This document shows positions 21,268-32,285 of a stretch of DNA of 36,871 bases, one piece after another (position 1 is the first letter of the stretch; every line of letters starts with the position of its first letter). A model generated the notes under the pieces. The model saw only the letters and a program-made list of their open reading frames with translations. It was not told the origin of the DNA and did not search any database. Source of the stretch: Stramenopiles sp. TOSAG23-3 (Eukaryota); assembly GCA_900128585.1 (NCBI GenBank), contig LT642194.1, positions 1 through 36,871 on the forward strand, given 5' to 3'. A program made the translations under genes and the position numbers.

Positions 21268-21853
21268 TTCCTCTATTCATTCGGCACACCTCGTACCCTA
21301 CATAAAACACCATTTGTCAATCGTTATAATACATTAGATAGTAGGTAGGCTACAGGTAGTAATAATTTTATCTAAAAAAGAAAAAGAGAAGAAATTGAAT
21401 TATTTATTATTACAGGTACGTAGGTAATGAATTTTCTGATTAATTCTTTTTTTTTTTTTATGTAATTTGGAGTTTGACTACCAAGTTTGGTATTATTAAT
21501 AGTCAAAGCGTTGTCTTTTTTTATTCGCTTTTTTCTAACTTATTTTTTACTGCTGGACCTTTATTATGCTAATTAAAATTAATTAACATAAACACATCAT
21601 CATAATAAATAAAAAATTATTATTATTTCAATTATTTGTTGTTGTTGGTGATGATGATGAGACACATTCTTTTTATTCTTTTTGTGTTCTGTTGACATTT
21701 CTATTGCTATTAATTGAAAGAAATCGGTATCGTTTTTAGTAACAGAAGAAACATATACGCCCACCCCGATTTTAATTTTAACTTCCTTTCGGGTCGTGCG
21801 CACAACCACAGCCTTCAACCGCCGCGTGCGTGTACATAGCGAGGCCGTGACTG

Positions 21854-23782
21854 ATGGCAGCAGTGAGGGACATAAATAGAAACCAGGTGCAACCGCGCGA
21901 TGGGGCGGTTCCTAGAGAACCGGGGCGCCCGCCGCCTGCAGATGGTCAAGGTGGGGGTTTCTGGGGGAGAGTATCTGAGTACTGCGGGAACAAAGTGTGC
22001 CGCTGCCCCGGAAGTTCTTCCCAACGCTTTCGATATGCCCTGGTTTATTTTTTCGTCCCCCTGTACATTGCATTTTTTATTTTCCTCGCGTGGGGGCCAC
22101 AAGGTCAGATCGCGCCTATGCGAGGCGCCCAAAACAAATACTTAGAAAAGCGCGAGTATTCCTATGAACACTCGGACATCTACGAGCTGCCTGGGTTTGG
22201 CTTTGCATTCAATGGCTCCGTGGATATGTCCGTGTCGGCCCTGTACCCCACCCTTGGCGCCTCGAAAGTAGGGAGCCTAACCCGCGTCATGCTTTACTTG
22301 TACATTTGTGACTACGCAATGTACATGAAGGAGTGGACGACTGCGCTTGATGGTAGGCGGCCGGCAAGGCCGCAAGGCAGAGTGGACGAGAAGATCTCCC
22401 TGTGTGGCACGGATTGGTACCACTACCACCAGCACTGTGCCTCGTTTCCTCTGCTCCCTGTAAATAACTCTTCCTCCGACCTTTATGAGGCCGAAGCCGT
22501 GTTTTCGTCCAACATCAACACCGACCCTGCGCGGAAAGAGGCAAGGTATTACACCGCGCTGCTAATGAACTGTGAATTAAAAGGCTACCCGCTCGCCAAG
22601 TCACGGGATTGCAAGTTGGACGCCGACGGCAAAGGGGAAAACTGCACGTACGTGCCGCCCATGAGCAGCGAGGGAATAAGGATCGACCTGTCGTATACGT
22701 ACAAGAACAAACCGCCGCTGCTCTACCTGTCCTCCGTGCAAGAGATTTTTCCGTTCATGTACTCCCTCGGGGCGCTCGTCTGGGTGGTTCTCTCCGTCTT
22801 ATGGGTCGTCAACACGTGGGTCTACAAGAACGCTCGTGGCATAGACCTGCAGTGGCACTTTTCGCTGTTCATCACCTTCAAACCTATCAATTTCTTGTAC
22901 AAATTATTGTTCTGGGAAGTCGTCCGGGAAGGCAAAGCGAACCGCCACTTTTACATGGTGCTCACGTTGACCATCAACTGCCTGTACTACTGCTTTCTGT
23001 GGGAGACCATGATGCGGGTGGCGCACGGGTGGATGATCGTTAGGTACCGCTTGACGCCCCAGGCAAGGTTTCACTTGTACGTATCGCTGATCATATGGGC
23101 GTTTGGGAACTTTGTCTTCAGCTATTTTTACCAGTTTCAGGAGGAAGGTTTTGGCATTGTCCGGACGGACTTGGGGCAAGACATCGTGGCCTACTACCTG
23201 GTGGCGTTTGCTTTGTTGGCGACTGGGATCTCGTACACTGTGATCCTGATGACGGTCTGCTTGGCGACGTCAAACTTGAGCCATCAGATGTCGGACCAGA
23301 TAAACATGTTGAGGGGTCTAGGAATGAACGCCCGAGGCACGTTCGTTGCGAACAGAAAACGTGCCTTCCAGTACATGAGCGTCGGCTTTTCGTCGTACCT
23401 GATCCTCTCGTTTATCACATGGTTCGTCATCGTTGCAATCGAGGACAGCGCAACCCTCTACCCTTGGCTGAACGATTTGGTGGACGAATGTTTGGAATCG
23501 ATCTTTTTGCTCTGGGTCATGTGGACTTTCCGCGCCCGTAAGTTTAACAACGTGTCGCTTCAGATAGAGGGCACCCCGGCGGAAGACCCCACCATTGACA
23601 TCAATCAGCCGATCACGTCCTCTAGAATCTGTATTTTGAACCCCTCGGAGAACAACGAGTTCGATGGGATAGAGAGGCGAATTTCCCTTGGAACCCCGTC
23701 CCGGTCTTCCGTGAGTCCGTTGGATGGGAAGAAATACCAGGTGGAGCAGAAGGAGGCTGCCAATGAACCGCCTGCCCCATAA
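21854..23782 (+). CDS. GOST-family (GPR107/GPR108/TMEM87-like) seven-transmembrane protein
   Basis: N-terminal TM, Cys-containing lumenal domain, then 7 TMs with YLSSVQEIFPFMY, VAHGWMIVRYRL and terminal WTFR. Confidence 0.75.
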   Translation: MAAVRDINRNQVQPRDGAVPREPGRPPPADGQGGGFWGRVSEYCGNKVCRCPGSSSQRFRYALVYFFVPLYIAFFIFLAWGPQGQIAPMRGAQNKYLEKREYSYEHSDIYELPGFGFAFNGSVDMSVSALYPTLGASKVGSLTRVMLYLYICDYAMYMKEWTTALDGRRPARPQGRVDEKISLCGTDWYHYHQHCASFPLLPVNNSSSDLYEAEAVFSSNINTDPARKEARYYTALLMNCELKGYPLAKSRDCKLDADGKGENCTYVPPMSSEGIRIDLSYTYKNKPPLLYLSSVQEIFPFMYSLGALVWVVLSVLWVVNTWVYKNARGIDLQWHFSLFITFKPINFLYKLLFWEVVREGKANRHFYMVLTLTINCLYYCFLWETMMRVAHGWMIVRYRLTPQARFHLYVSLIIWAFGNFVFSYFYQFQEEGFGIVRTDLGQDIVAYYLVAFALLATGISYTVILMTVCLATSNLSHQMSDQINMLRGLGMNARGTFVANRKRAFQYMSVGFSSYLILSFITWFVIVAIEDSATLYPWLNDLVDECLESIFLLWVMWTFRARKFNNVSLQIEGTPAEDPTIDINQPITSSRICILNPSENNEFDGIERRISLGTPSRSSVSPLDGKKYQVEQKEAANEPPAP

Positions 23783-24685
23783 GCAAGCTTTAAAAAAAAT
23801 TAGAAAAGGAACACGATCCCTTCTTGTTTTGTTTTGAATTTTGATAGACAGTCTTACTTCGTAAATAAAATTAAATACTTATATATAATCACGAATAACT
23901 TTACACGATTTACAAATTTTTCTTCTCAGAATCTTTTTTATTTCGATGGCGGTTACAGTCTAGACGAATCCCCACTCACCTCCTCCTCGAAAAAATCGGA
24001 AGAATATATGTTCGTGTTAATAATAGGGTACTATCTAACACGGTAGAATGCTACAATCTATTATATTGTAATGTACTATATAATACAATATTTTATAATA
24101 TTATTAATGTATACAATATAATTGTATTCTATGTATGTAAAGTTAATCTTAGGCACCACTCAATTTTGAGTTCATGTTTATGATGCTGTGACTATCCTAA
24201 TAAGGTATAATGAATATATATTGACATAATATATTTCTCATTTCTTTGGTTCATTTTTGTTTAGTAATAATCCTGGTAGTCTAATAATAGAAAAACAATC
24301 TTTAAATTATTATTTTATTTTATTTATATTAAATTCCTTATTATATAGATCTAGCTTATAGGAGGAAGAAAATAATCAAATTGAATGGTCTTCTTATTAC
24401 TTCCTGGAGGAATATAATACAATCCCTCCCTCCCTCCCTCCAGACAGTTTTAGTACTAGAAAGGGAATAGGAAGAAGAAGATTTATTAATAATTTTTACA
24501 CAAGTGGAAGTGAAGAAACAAATGAAACAAAAGAAGAGTGCGTAGAAAGTCATGTTCCTTTCTTTGCATTTGTGTATGTATATATGGAATAGAGTGAGTG
24601 TAAACGAGAAGAAGAATATTGAAACGGGTAGTGATATTTAGTTAGTTAAAGAAAGACAGAAAACGAATCACAATAAAGTTTCAAG

Positions 24686-25723
24686 ATGCGTCCCATATTA
24701 TTGAAAGGGCACACACGTGCACTAACGCACGTCAAGTACAACCAAGATGGAGACCTATTATTCACTTGTTCCAAAGACAACCGCCCGACCCTTTGGTACT
24801 CGGACAACGGCGAGAGGGTAGGAACCTACGAGGGGCACAACGGTACCGTCTGGGGGTGTGATGTGACATTCGACAGCACACTTCTGCTGACTGCGTCTGC
24901 CGATATGAGTTGTAAAATGTGGAACGTTCGCACCGGCGAACAGTTGTGGTCGTTGGATACGCCAGGGCCGTGCCGGTGGGTGCAGTGGTCCGAGGGGAGC
25001 GGAATGTTTGCTGTGTTTGTAGACCCATTCAAAGGCGCCAAAGCGCAGATTTGGATTTTTAAAATGCCCCAAAGCATGGACCCGAGCGAACTAGGCAAGC
25101 AGCCGTTTGTCGTATGCCAGGAGCAACTGGAGTTAAATAAGGAGAGAATCATTCGCGGTTTGTGGACGCCGTTGAACAGAGAGATTTTGACTGGCGCAGA
25201 GGACGGCAAGCTTCGCTTGATAAACCCACTGAACGGCGACCTTGTCGCAACCCACGAGGCCCACACCAAGCAGATCCAAGACATTCAGTACAACAAGGAG
25301 AAAACTCTCTTTATCACAGGATCCCGAGACTTTACTTCCAAGCTGTTCGACGCGTTCACCTACCAGTGCTTGATGACGTTTAAGACCGATAGGCCGATCA
25401 ACGGGGCAGCCATGTCCCCCATTAAATTGCACATTATGACAGGTGGAGGGCAAGATGCCATGTCTGTAACCACGACAGCGGGCCAGAGTGGTAAATTCGA
25501 GGCCAGGGTGTTCCACATGGTGTATGGAGATTTGTTGGGTTTGATCAAGGGGCACTTCGGTCCAATTAATACATTAGCGATCCACCCCGATGGGACCAGC
25601 TACGTTAGTGGAGGAGAAGATGGTTACGTGCGCCTTCATCACTACGATGAAGAGTACTTGAATTTGTCCGACGAAGCCGATAAAATCGCGGAGAACGCAG
25701 CTGCCATGGCCGGTGGAAAATAA
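24686..25723 (+). CDS. EIF3I: Eukaryotic translation initiation factor 3 subunit I
   Basis: MRPILLKGHTRALTHVKYNQDGDLLFTCSKD, GGGQDAMSVTTT, GKFEARVFH, KGHFGPINTLA, SGGEDGYVRLH. Confidence 0.97.
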   Translation: MRPILLKGHTRALTHVKYNQDGDLLFTCSKDNRPTLWYSDNGERVGTYEGHNGTVWGCDVTFDSTLLLTASADMSCKMWNVRTGEQLWSLDTPGPCRWVQWSEGSGMFAVFVDPFKGAKAQIWIFKMPQSMDPSELGKQPFVVCQEQLELNKERIIRGLWTPLNREILTGAEDGKLRLINPLNGDLVATHEAHTKQIQDIQYNKEKTLFITGSRDFTSKLFDAFTYQCLMTFKTDRPINGAAMSPIKLHIMTGGGQDAMSVTTTAGQSGKFEARVFHMVYGDLLGLIKGHFGPINTLAIHPDGTSYVSGGEDGYVRLHHYDEEYLNLSDEADKIAENAAAMAGGK

Positions 25724-26066
25724 GCAATAAGCATGCTCGAAACGAAGGGGGTACGTCCCATGGTGTACAATAACAGTAATACGAACGAAATTAAATATAT
25801 ATATTCGTAAAGTGTTGTTTATATTTTATTAAAACGAATTACTTGGTACTGTATTTTTAATTACTCAAATAGGGGGAAAGTAACGCCGCCTTTGCTATTT
25901 ATATGTTAAACAATTACAAACAAAAATTAGAAATAATAATAATAAAATTATTATATATAATAGGCAATGATGTTAATATTTTTTCTGAATAAACATAATA
26001 ACAAACGAACAAGTTGAAAAAAAGAGAAACTTTCCGTTTTTGAGGTCCCTTGAGCCCATTTCAGTT

Positions 26067-27902
26067 CTACCGTTTTACACGCGACCGTTCCTTTACCTTT
26101 CTTGCTATCTCTCGCTGAACCTTCTCGGCAGCTTCACGCTGCCGTTGTTTCAGCACCTCGCGCCGAAGCACGAACTCGATGTCTGCCGGGATTGGAAACC
26201 CTGCCATTCCGAGAACCTCGTAATGGTGCCGGACTTCCTCTAACAGCTCTTCGTCTTGTGGCGGCGGGTTCTCCGGGTGAAAGACGCCTGTGCCCGCCAG
26301 CATATGCTCTATTGAATAGTCCCTGTAGTCCCCCGTCGCTTTCTGAAACAAGCAGATCCCTAGATTAGCACGAGCTTCGTGCAGCGCAGGGTCCCTTTCT
26401 AACGCAGCCCTGTAATGCTTGATTGCCGTTTCATCGTCGTGCACGTTCTGGGCCTGTATCCCCAGCTCGTAATGTGCTGCCGCAACTGGCCCTTGGCCGC
26501 TTTCAATAATTTCTTCGTACTGGCTTCTGCTGTCCGTCAACGGCATTAGCTTTGGGGCTTCTTTTCTTTTCCCTGGGAATACCAGCGGTTTCTTCTCGCT
26601 ATTGCTTGCGTTTAAGGACGATTGAAAGACCAGCAGCTGTTTCGTCGCTGGTTCGATCTCCGGAGTGTCGGGAAGGCTGGCGGTTAAGTCCGCCTCGTCC
26701 TTCTTTTCTTCCTCCTTCTCTTCTTCCCCCTTTTTTTCTTCCTCTTTTTCCTCTTTACCCATCTCTTTTTCGCCTTTCTGCTGAGTCTTTGCCGCATTCA
26801 GCAAACCCATCATGCCCCCACCCGCGGACTTCTTTTTCCCAAAAAGAGAGGTGACCGTTTTCTTCTTTGCGGTTGACACGGCGGCCGGGTCTACGGGCTC
26901 TAATTTGACACGATCGTCCGTTTGCTTACCACCCATAAGTTTCGTTCTCGTGTCACGCTGCAATATTAAATCCCCCACCTTTTTCCTCACTTCCATATCT
27001 GAAGGGCGGGCGAACAGCGCTGCCTGATAATGAGACATCGCTTTGCCGAACTCTTCCCTGGCCTGGTAGGCCACCCCAAGGTTATAGTGAGCCCAGTAGT
27101 CGTTCGGCTCGGTGTCAATGACACCTTTCTGGTCCGCAACGAACGCCTTCCACCGCTCTTTTTCTAAACTCCCGCAGGGGGTTGCATCTTTGACGGCCTT
27201 CGTTCCTTTTAGCACAGGCCATTTTGCCCTTAAAGCTTCCATTTCTTCCCTCTTTCTTGCTTCTATTTCAGCCTTTATCCTGGCTTCTTCTTCCAAGCGA
27301 AGTTGCTTTGCTGTTTTCCGCGGTGGTTTTTTCTCCTCTTTATCTTCGTCGTCCTCTGGAGATTCTTCCTTGCCCTCCGTTTTCTCCTCCTTTCCCTCTA
27401 ATTTCCCCTCCTCTCCCTCCCCTTTATCGTCTTGCCCCTCGCTGTCTTTTCCGTCACCCCCATCACCTTTTTTGTCGCCTTCTTGCCCGGTACTTTCGTC
27501 TTCCTTTTTCGGGGCAGACGGCTGCTTCGGTTCTTTTTTTTTTTTTGGTTTGACCCTTGCCACTTCCTCACTACTATCTACACTATCGAACTCGTCCGAG
27601 TCATACTCTTCGTCCGAGTCTTCTTTCTTTTTCTTCTTTCCGAACCCTAATTTGCTCAAGTTGAAACCTTTTGTGCTAATTTGTGGCATCTGCTTCTCTT
27701 TTATCGGAGGCAGCCCTTTCTCGCGGCGTTTTATATTTTTCTCTAACTTCGCCAACGTCCTCTGCAACGCAGCCTTCCTAATATTGTTCAGTTCCCTCTG
27801 TCTCTGCGCTCCCGGGTTCATCAATGCAGCCAGACTGGCCAGGCCCATGCCTGGCTTTTTTGTACCAGTCTTCTTTTGAATGAGTTTTCGCAGAGCCTTC
27901 AT
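26067..27902 (-). CDS. TPR-repeat protein with long Lys/Glu-rich disordered regions
   Basis: TPRs AHYNLGVAYQAREEFGKAMSHYQAAL and AHYELGIQAQNVHDDETAIKHYRAALERDP...ARANLGICL; first in-frame ATG at 27902. Confidence 0.8.
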   Translation of the reverse strand: MKALRKLIQKKTGTKKPGMGLASLAALMNPGAQRQRELNNIRKAALQRTLAKLEKNIKRREKGLPPIKEKQMPQISTKGFNLSKLGFGKKKKKEDSDEEYDSDEFDSVDSSEEVARVKPKKKKEPKQPSAPKKEDESTGQEGDKKGDGGDGKDSEGQDDKGEGEEGKLEGKEEKTEGKEESPEDDEDKEEKKPPRKTAKQLRLEEEARIKAEIEARKREEMEALRAKWPVLKGTKAVKDATPCGSLEKERWKAFVADQKGVIDTEPNDYWAHYNLGVAYQAREEFGKAMSHYQAALFARPSDMEVRKKVGDLILQRDTRTKLMGGKQTDDRVKLEPVDPAAVSTAKKKTVTSLFGKKKSAGGGMMGLLNAAKTQQKGEKEMGKEEKEEEKKGEEEKEEEKKDEADLTASLPDTPEIEPATKQLLVFQSSLNASNSEKKPLVFPGKRKEAPKLMPLTDSRSQYEEIIESGQGPVAAAHYELGIQAQNVHDDETAIKHYRAALERDPALHEARANLGICLFQKATGDYRDYSIEHMLAGTGVFHPENPPPQDEELLEEVRHHYEVLGMAGFPIPADIEFVLRREVLKQRQREAAEKVQREIARKVKERSRVKR

Positions 27903-28555
27903 GTTACTTTGCTCAAGCGATCGCGGTATGTACAAGGACAAGGCTTGCCCCCCACTATCTCCAGATAAAAGTAACCCTCTGGGAGTGGCGGTGCCAATTC
28001 GGTTGAGGTTTCAACGCCTTCCTGCCCTGCTCCAAACAATCTCAAATCGACGTGTATATACAAGTATATATCTCACAGACTAAACCCTGCTCGAAATTTT
28101 CTTTTTCCACTTATCTGTCTTACACAAAAGAAAGTGGATTAAAACCATATTCTGTCATTCTCTCACTCACACACAGACAAATCCGCATGAGCATAAAAAT
28201 GCCCATCAACACGCACCGCACCATTGTTGCTTTTTTTCTACTTCCGCTCCTCCCACCACCGCCATCGCGCACTTTTTTTTTTCCTTCGCCTAAACATATT
28301 TTGCTTAATGCTGTGATGATGTTACATAAATAAAAATACGTTACCAGGGGGAGGGAAAAACGTCTATTTTTAGTTTCTATACTGTGTCCCTTGTGAATAT
28401 AATATTATGGACAAACCGAAATATTATTATTGTGATGGTATTATATAGTAGTGTTACATAATTAGGGTTTTCTTCTTCTTCGGACGTCGAGCGTCGAGCG
28501 TCGAAGAAGCGAAGAAGAGAAGAGATTGCAGAAGTCAGAAGAAGACTTTTTTTTT

Positions 28556-29947
28556 TTACACTCGAATTAACGTTTGACTTGGCAAATGGTTTTCCAACAA
28601 ATGCATAATCTCTGGTTTGCTAGTTTGGTAGTAACGCATGGAATTTTCCTGGTTGCTTAAGCGAGGGTGTTGCAACAGTAATTTGACAACACCAGTGTGG
28701 CCATTCTTTGCAGCATAAAACAGCGGGGTTTTTCCGAAGTTGTCTCTACAATCCGCATCAAGTTTTTGATGTTTCATGAGCAATTTCACAATTGATTTCG
28801 AACCATTGCACGCCGTGTAAAACAGCGGAGTTTTCCCGCTGTTGTCTCTACAATTTACATCAAGTTTTCGGTCTTTCATGAGCAATTTCACGATTGATTT
28901 CGAACCATTGCACGCCGCGTAGTACAAGGCCGTGTGATTTGTAAATGACTTCAAGTTTACATCAATACCAGGGACTGATAGCAGCAATTTCACTATCTTC
29001 TTGTCTCCTTTGAAGCAGGCTTGGATCAACGGGGTCCGCTTTTGGCACCCGTCAAGGGCATTCACTTCAATACTTTTGTGGCATTTCAGCAGGTCTTTTA
29101 CTAAACGAGCATTTCCTTCGTCTACCGCACCCCATAGGTCATGTTTTACTAAACGAGCATTACCCACTACACCCGACTGGTCACGTGCGTACTCGTCCGT
29201 TCTAGACCCAGCCATTTTGCCTGAAAACACTAACATTTGTGTTGGCAAATGGTTTTCCAACAAATGCATAATCTCTGGTTTGCTAGTTTGGTAGTAACGC
29301 ATGAAATTTTCCTGGTTGCTTAAGCGAGGGTGTTGCAACAGTAATTTGACAACACTAGTGTGGCCATTCTTTGCAGCGTAAAACAGCGGGGTTTTTCCGA
29401 AGTTGTCTCTACAATCCACATCAAGTTTTTGGTGTTTCATGAGCAATTTCACGATTGACTTTGAACCATTGCACGCCGCGTAGTACAAGGCTGTGTAATT
29501 TCCGTTGACCTTACAGTTTACATCAATGCCGGGGACAGATAACAACAATTTCACAATCTCCGTGTGTCCTTTGAAGCAGGCTTGGATCAATGGGGTTCGA
29601 TTTTGGCGCCCTTTGGGGACATTGACCTTAAGACTTCTGTGACACTTTAGCAGCTCTCTCATTAAACGAACATTACCGCTGTCACACACACTCAACAGGT
29701 CACTTTTCCGTGTCAGCTTTCTGTAATAGTCCCTTCTAAATCCGATCATTTTGCTTGAAAACAAGTGTTTGTACGCCCGGCATGTATTCCGTAGGGCTGA
29801 AATGGTTTTTAAGTCCTCGCCAATATATGAGAAAACTTTTTTCATTGCCCACTCCAGCGCTATCCCCGATTTGTTCCAAACCTGGAAGAGGGAGTCATGG
29901 TCTATCTCTTTGTTTTCTTCAAAAGCGTCGTGGACGAAACTAGCCAT
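28556..29947 (-). CDS. Ankyrin-repeat protein with an N-terminal F-box-like motif and internal duplication
   Basis: About 9 ankyrin repeats (TPLIQACFKGH, TALYYAACNGS, TPLFYAAKNGH); N-terminal MKKVFSYIGEDLKTISALRNTCRAYKHL. Confidence 0.85.
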   Translation of the reverse strand: MASFVHDAFEENKEIDHDSLFQVWNKSGIALEWAMKKVFSYIGEDLKTISALRNTCRAYKHLFSSKMIGFRRDYYRKLTRKSDLLSVCDSGNVRLMRELLKCHRSLKVNVPKGRQNRTPLIQACFKGHTEIVKLLLSVPGIDVNCKVNGNYTALYYAACNGSKSIVKLLMKHQKLDVDCRDNFGKTPLFYAAKNGHTSVVKLLLQHPRLSNQENFMRYYQTSKPEIMHLLENHLPTQMLVFSGKMAGSRTDEYARDQSGVVGNARLVKHDLWGAVDEGNARLVKDLLKCHKSIEVNALDGCQKRTPLIQACFKGDKKIVKLLLSVPGIDVNLKSFTNHTALYYAACNGSKSIVKLLMKDRKLDVNCRDNSGKTPLFYTACNGSKSIVKLLMKHQKLDADCRDNFGKTPLFYAAKNGHTGVVKLLLQHPRLSNQENSMRYYQTSKPEIMHLLENHLPSQTLIRV

Positions 29948-30683
29948 TGCAAGTGCTTGCTTCGATGTTACGTGTGGATGTATATCTCGATATTTGTTTG
30001 GTGATCGTTTCTCAAAAAAATCTAACAGTATAAGATTTTGTTATTCAGATATGTTATTGTTATTTCTCGTACAACTTCATGTCCTCGTAGAATTCTCACT
30101 TCTTGCGCCTTGCGCCGTGCGTGGTGGCACTGTCACTACTGTCTCTTCTTCTTTTGATGTTCTTCGTTCATCATGCGATAATAATACTATCTCTAGTAAG
30201 TACTAAATACTATTTCACATTTTCTTCTCGAAGAAGAAGGTTGTTGTCACTGAAATTATTCGAATCTGTGCTATGCCTATGTATTATTAATACTATAAAA
30301 AAAGAATGAAGAGTGAGTGAAAATTAATTTTATTAATATAGAAATAATATAGGAGCTATAATACGTGAACCTAATAAATTGTCGAGGATTGTACGAGTAG
30401 ATTATTCGACATACGAGGCGTCCTCGCGTAGTTATTGTAAGATATACTATACGAGAATATATAGAGGGGGAGGGGGGCAACATAACTTGAACTATACTTT
30501 TTTTTTAAACTCAACAACAACAAATAATGGTCCTAAACAAAAAACAAAGAATTTTTTTCTTTCTTAATTTGAATGTAAGAAAGACAATAATTGGTAAACC
30601 TTGCAAAGGATGCAAGAACAAGAAAATTAATGGAAAAGAGAAGAAGAACCTGTGTGGTTAAAAATTGCTCGTTGCTATAACTG

Positions 30684-32102
30684 ATGAAGCGGCGACGCTC
30701 TGAGAGCCCAGGCGGTGGCGCGACACTGGCTTTGCCACGCAAGACAAAGTACCACTATTATGAAAAAGACAAGAATATTATTGCAAGTCTTCCTGGGTTT
30801 TGGTCTCCATCTTTGTGTGATAATTTTGTAACGTTGGCAGAAGAACATGGCTTTACGTCCGAAAAGACTAAGGAGTACACCCAAGCAACTATAGACATAG
30901 AAGTTGATAAAAGCCCGCCGTTGAAGGAGCTGTTGCTGAACCACAGCTTTGTTGAACGGGTGGCTCAGGCAATAGTCCGTGTGCACGGGTCGCAAATTAC
31001 TGCTTTTGACGACGTTTTTGTGGTGAAGTACGATGCGAAACGGCAAAAAGAGCTGCTAAGGCATTACGATTCCGGGGATGTGTCTTTTATTTTGGCCTTG
31101 TCGCGAAAGGATTATTACAAAGGAGGGGGGACAAATTTCGATGTGCTTGGAACGGAACCGGTTGAGTTGGCACAAGGCGAGTGCTTGGTCTTTAATTCGG
31201 GCATGTATCACGCTGGCCTTCCGATCTCAAGTGGGACAAGATATCTGCTTGTCGGTTTTTGCTTTACAAAAAGGGAAGCTTTGTTGAAACGTGGCAACCT
31301 AGACTTAAATTTTAATGCTGTGCGTGGTGGAAGTAGCAGTTTCGACTTGTGGCACATTCAAGATTTTTCGCGCCACGACCCAGAACGACTAACGTCCATT
31401 TCGCGAAAATTAGCAGAGTCTGGTACATCTCTGTGGGTGAATTGCCTGTCCCCAATTACAGAGGCGGAAGAGAAAGATTACTTGCAAGTGGTGAAATTTG
31501 CAAGACGTGTGTTCTGGTTTCATGCATCACGGTTCAATTTTAATTTGACCGAATCGTCCTGCTGCGAAGTCTGGGCACAAGATTTGTTGGATGGTCATGC
31601 TCCATCGAAGGCAGAGGCTGAATACATCCCGTGGCACTACGATAAAGATGAAGAAGCTTACAAGAAGAACAATCACCTTTTAATTCACCCTACCATAGCA
31701 ACAGTTACTTACTTGACATCAAACTACCATCACCCAACAGTTGTCTTTGGTGAAAAAGAAACGTTGATCAGCTTTCCCCGATGTGGGAATCATTTGGCTT
31801 TTGCAGGAAAGCTGTTGCACGGCGTGCCTGCCAAGGGAGTTTCGGCAAAGAAACAGAAAAAAAGGCGTACTACTCTACTCATAAATATATGGTTGCAGGC
31901 TCCACGGAACAAAGTCGCCTCGATGACGCACATTACGTCGAAGAAAAAAAGCTTGAAAAACGTATCGTTGGTCCCTGTGAAGGAAGCGATTGTCGAGCTG
32001 CCAACGGTCGAAGAGAAGGTGCCACCAGAAACTGTTCTTGCCCAGGTTGAAAACACTGTCTTTGCAGAAGCAAGTGAGAGCGGGTATATGATGGTGAAGT
32101 AA
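30684..32102 (+). CDS. Tandem two-domain 2OG-Fe(II) dioxygenase (prolyl/lysyl-hydroxylase-like)
   Basis: Domain 1: RHYD...YKGGGTNF...HAGLPISSGTRYLLVGF. Domain 2: WHYDKDE...TVTYLT...LLHGV...RTTLLINIW. Confidence 0.85.
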   Translation: MKRRRSESPGGGATLALPRKTKYHYYEKDKNIIASLPGFWSPSLCDNFVTLAEEHGFTSEKTKEYTQATIDIEVDKSPPLKELLLNHSFVERVAQAIVRVHGSQITAFDDVFVVKYDAKRQKELLRHYDSGDVSFILALSRKDYYKGGGTNFDVLGTEPVELAQGECLVFNSGMYHAGLPISSGTRYLLVGFCFTKREALLKRGNLDLNFNAVRGGSSSFDLWHIQDFSRHDPERLTSISRKLAESGTSLWVNCLSPITEAEEKDYLQVVKFARRVFWFHASRFNFNLTESSCCEVWAQDLLDGHAPSKAEAEYIPWHYDKDEEAYKKNNHLLIHPTIATVTYLTSNYHHPTVVFGEKETLISFPRCGNHLAFAGKLLHGVPAKGVSAKKQKKRRTTLLINIWLQAPRNKVASMTHITSKKKSLKNVSLVPVKEAIVELPTVEEKVPPETVLAQVENTVFAEASESGYMMVK

Positions 32103-32170
32103 ATTTTAACTCCGTGTGTGAAAATAAATGTTTTAAAAACAAATCTGTGAATGGTATGAGGAAGCTAAAT

Positions 32171-32285
32171 TTAATTACTTCAATAACAGCCAATTTTCTT
32201 GTTTTTGATAATAACAAAAAAATAAAAAAACAAATTATTATATAATAAAAACAAGAAAAAAATTGGCTGCTATTTAGGTAATTAA
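32171..32285. repeat. Copies 3 and 4 of the short dispersed element, arranged as an inverted pair (MITE-like)
   Basis: 32171-32206 TTAATTACTTCAATAACAGCCAATTTTCTTGTTTTT (minus copy) and 32245-32285 ATAAAAACAAGAAAAAAATTGGCTGCTATTTAGGTAATTAA (plus copy). Confidence 0.8.

Noticed and set aside
30617-30628. AACAAGAAAATT match to one end of the dispersed element
   Set aside because: Only the low-complexity A-rich portion matches; the informative GGCTG core is absent.
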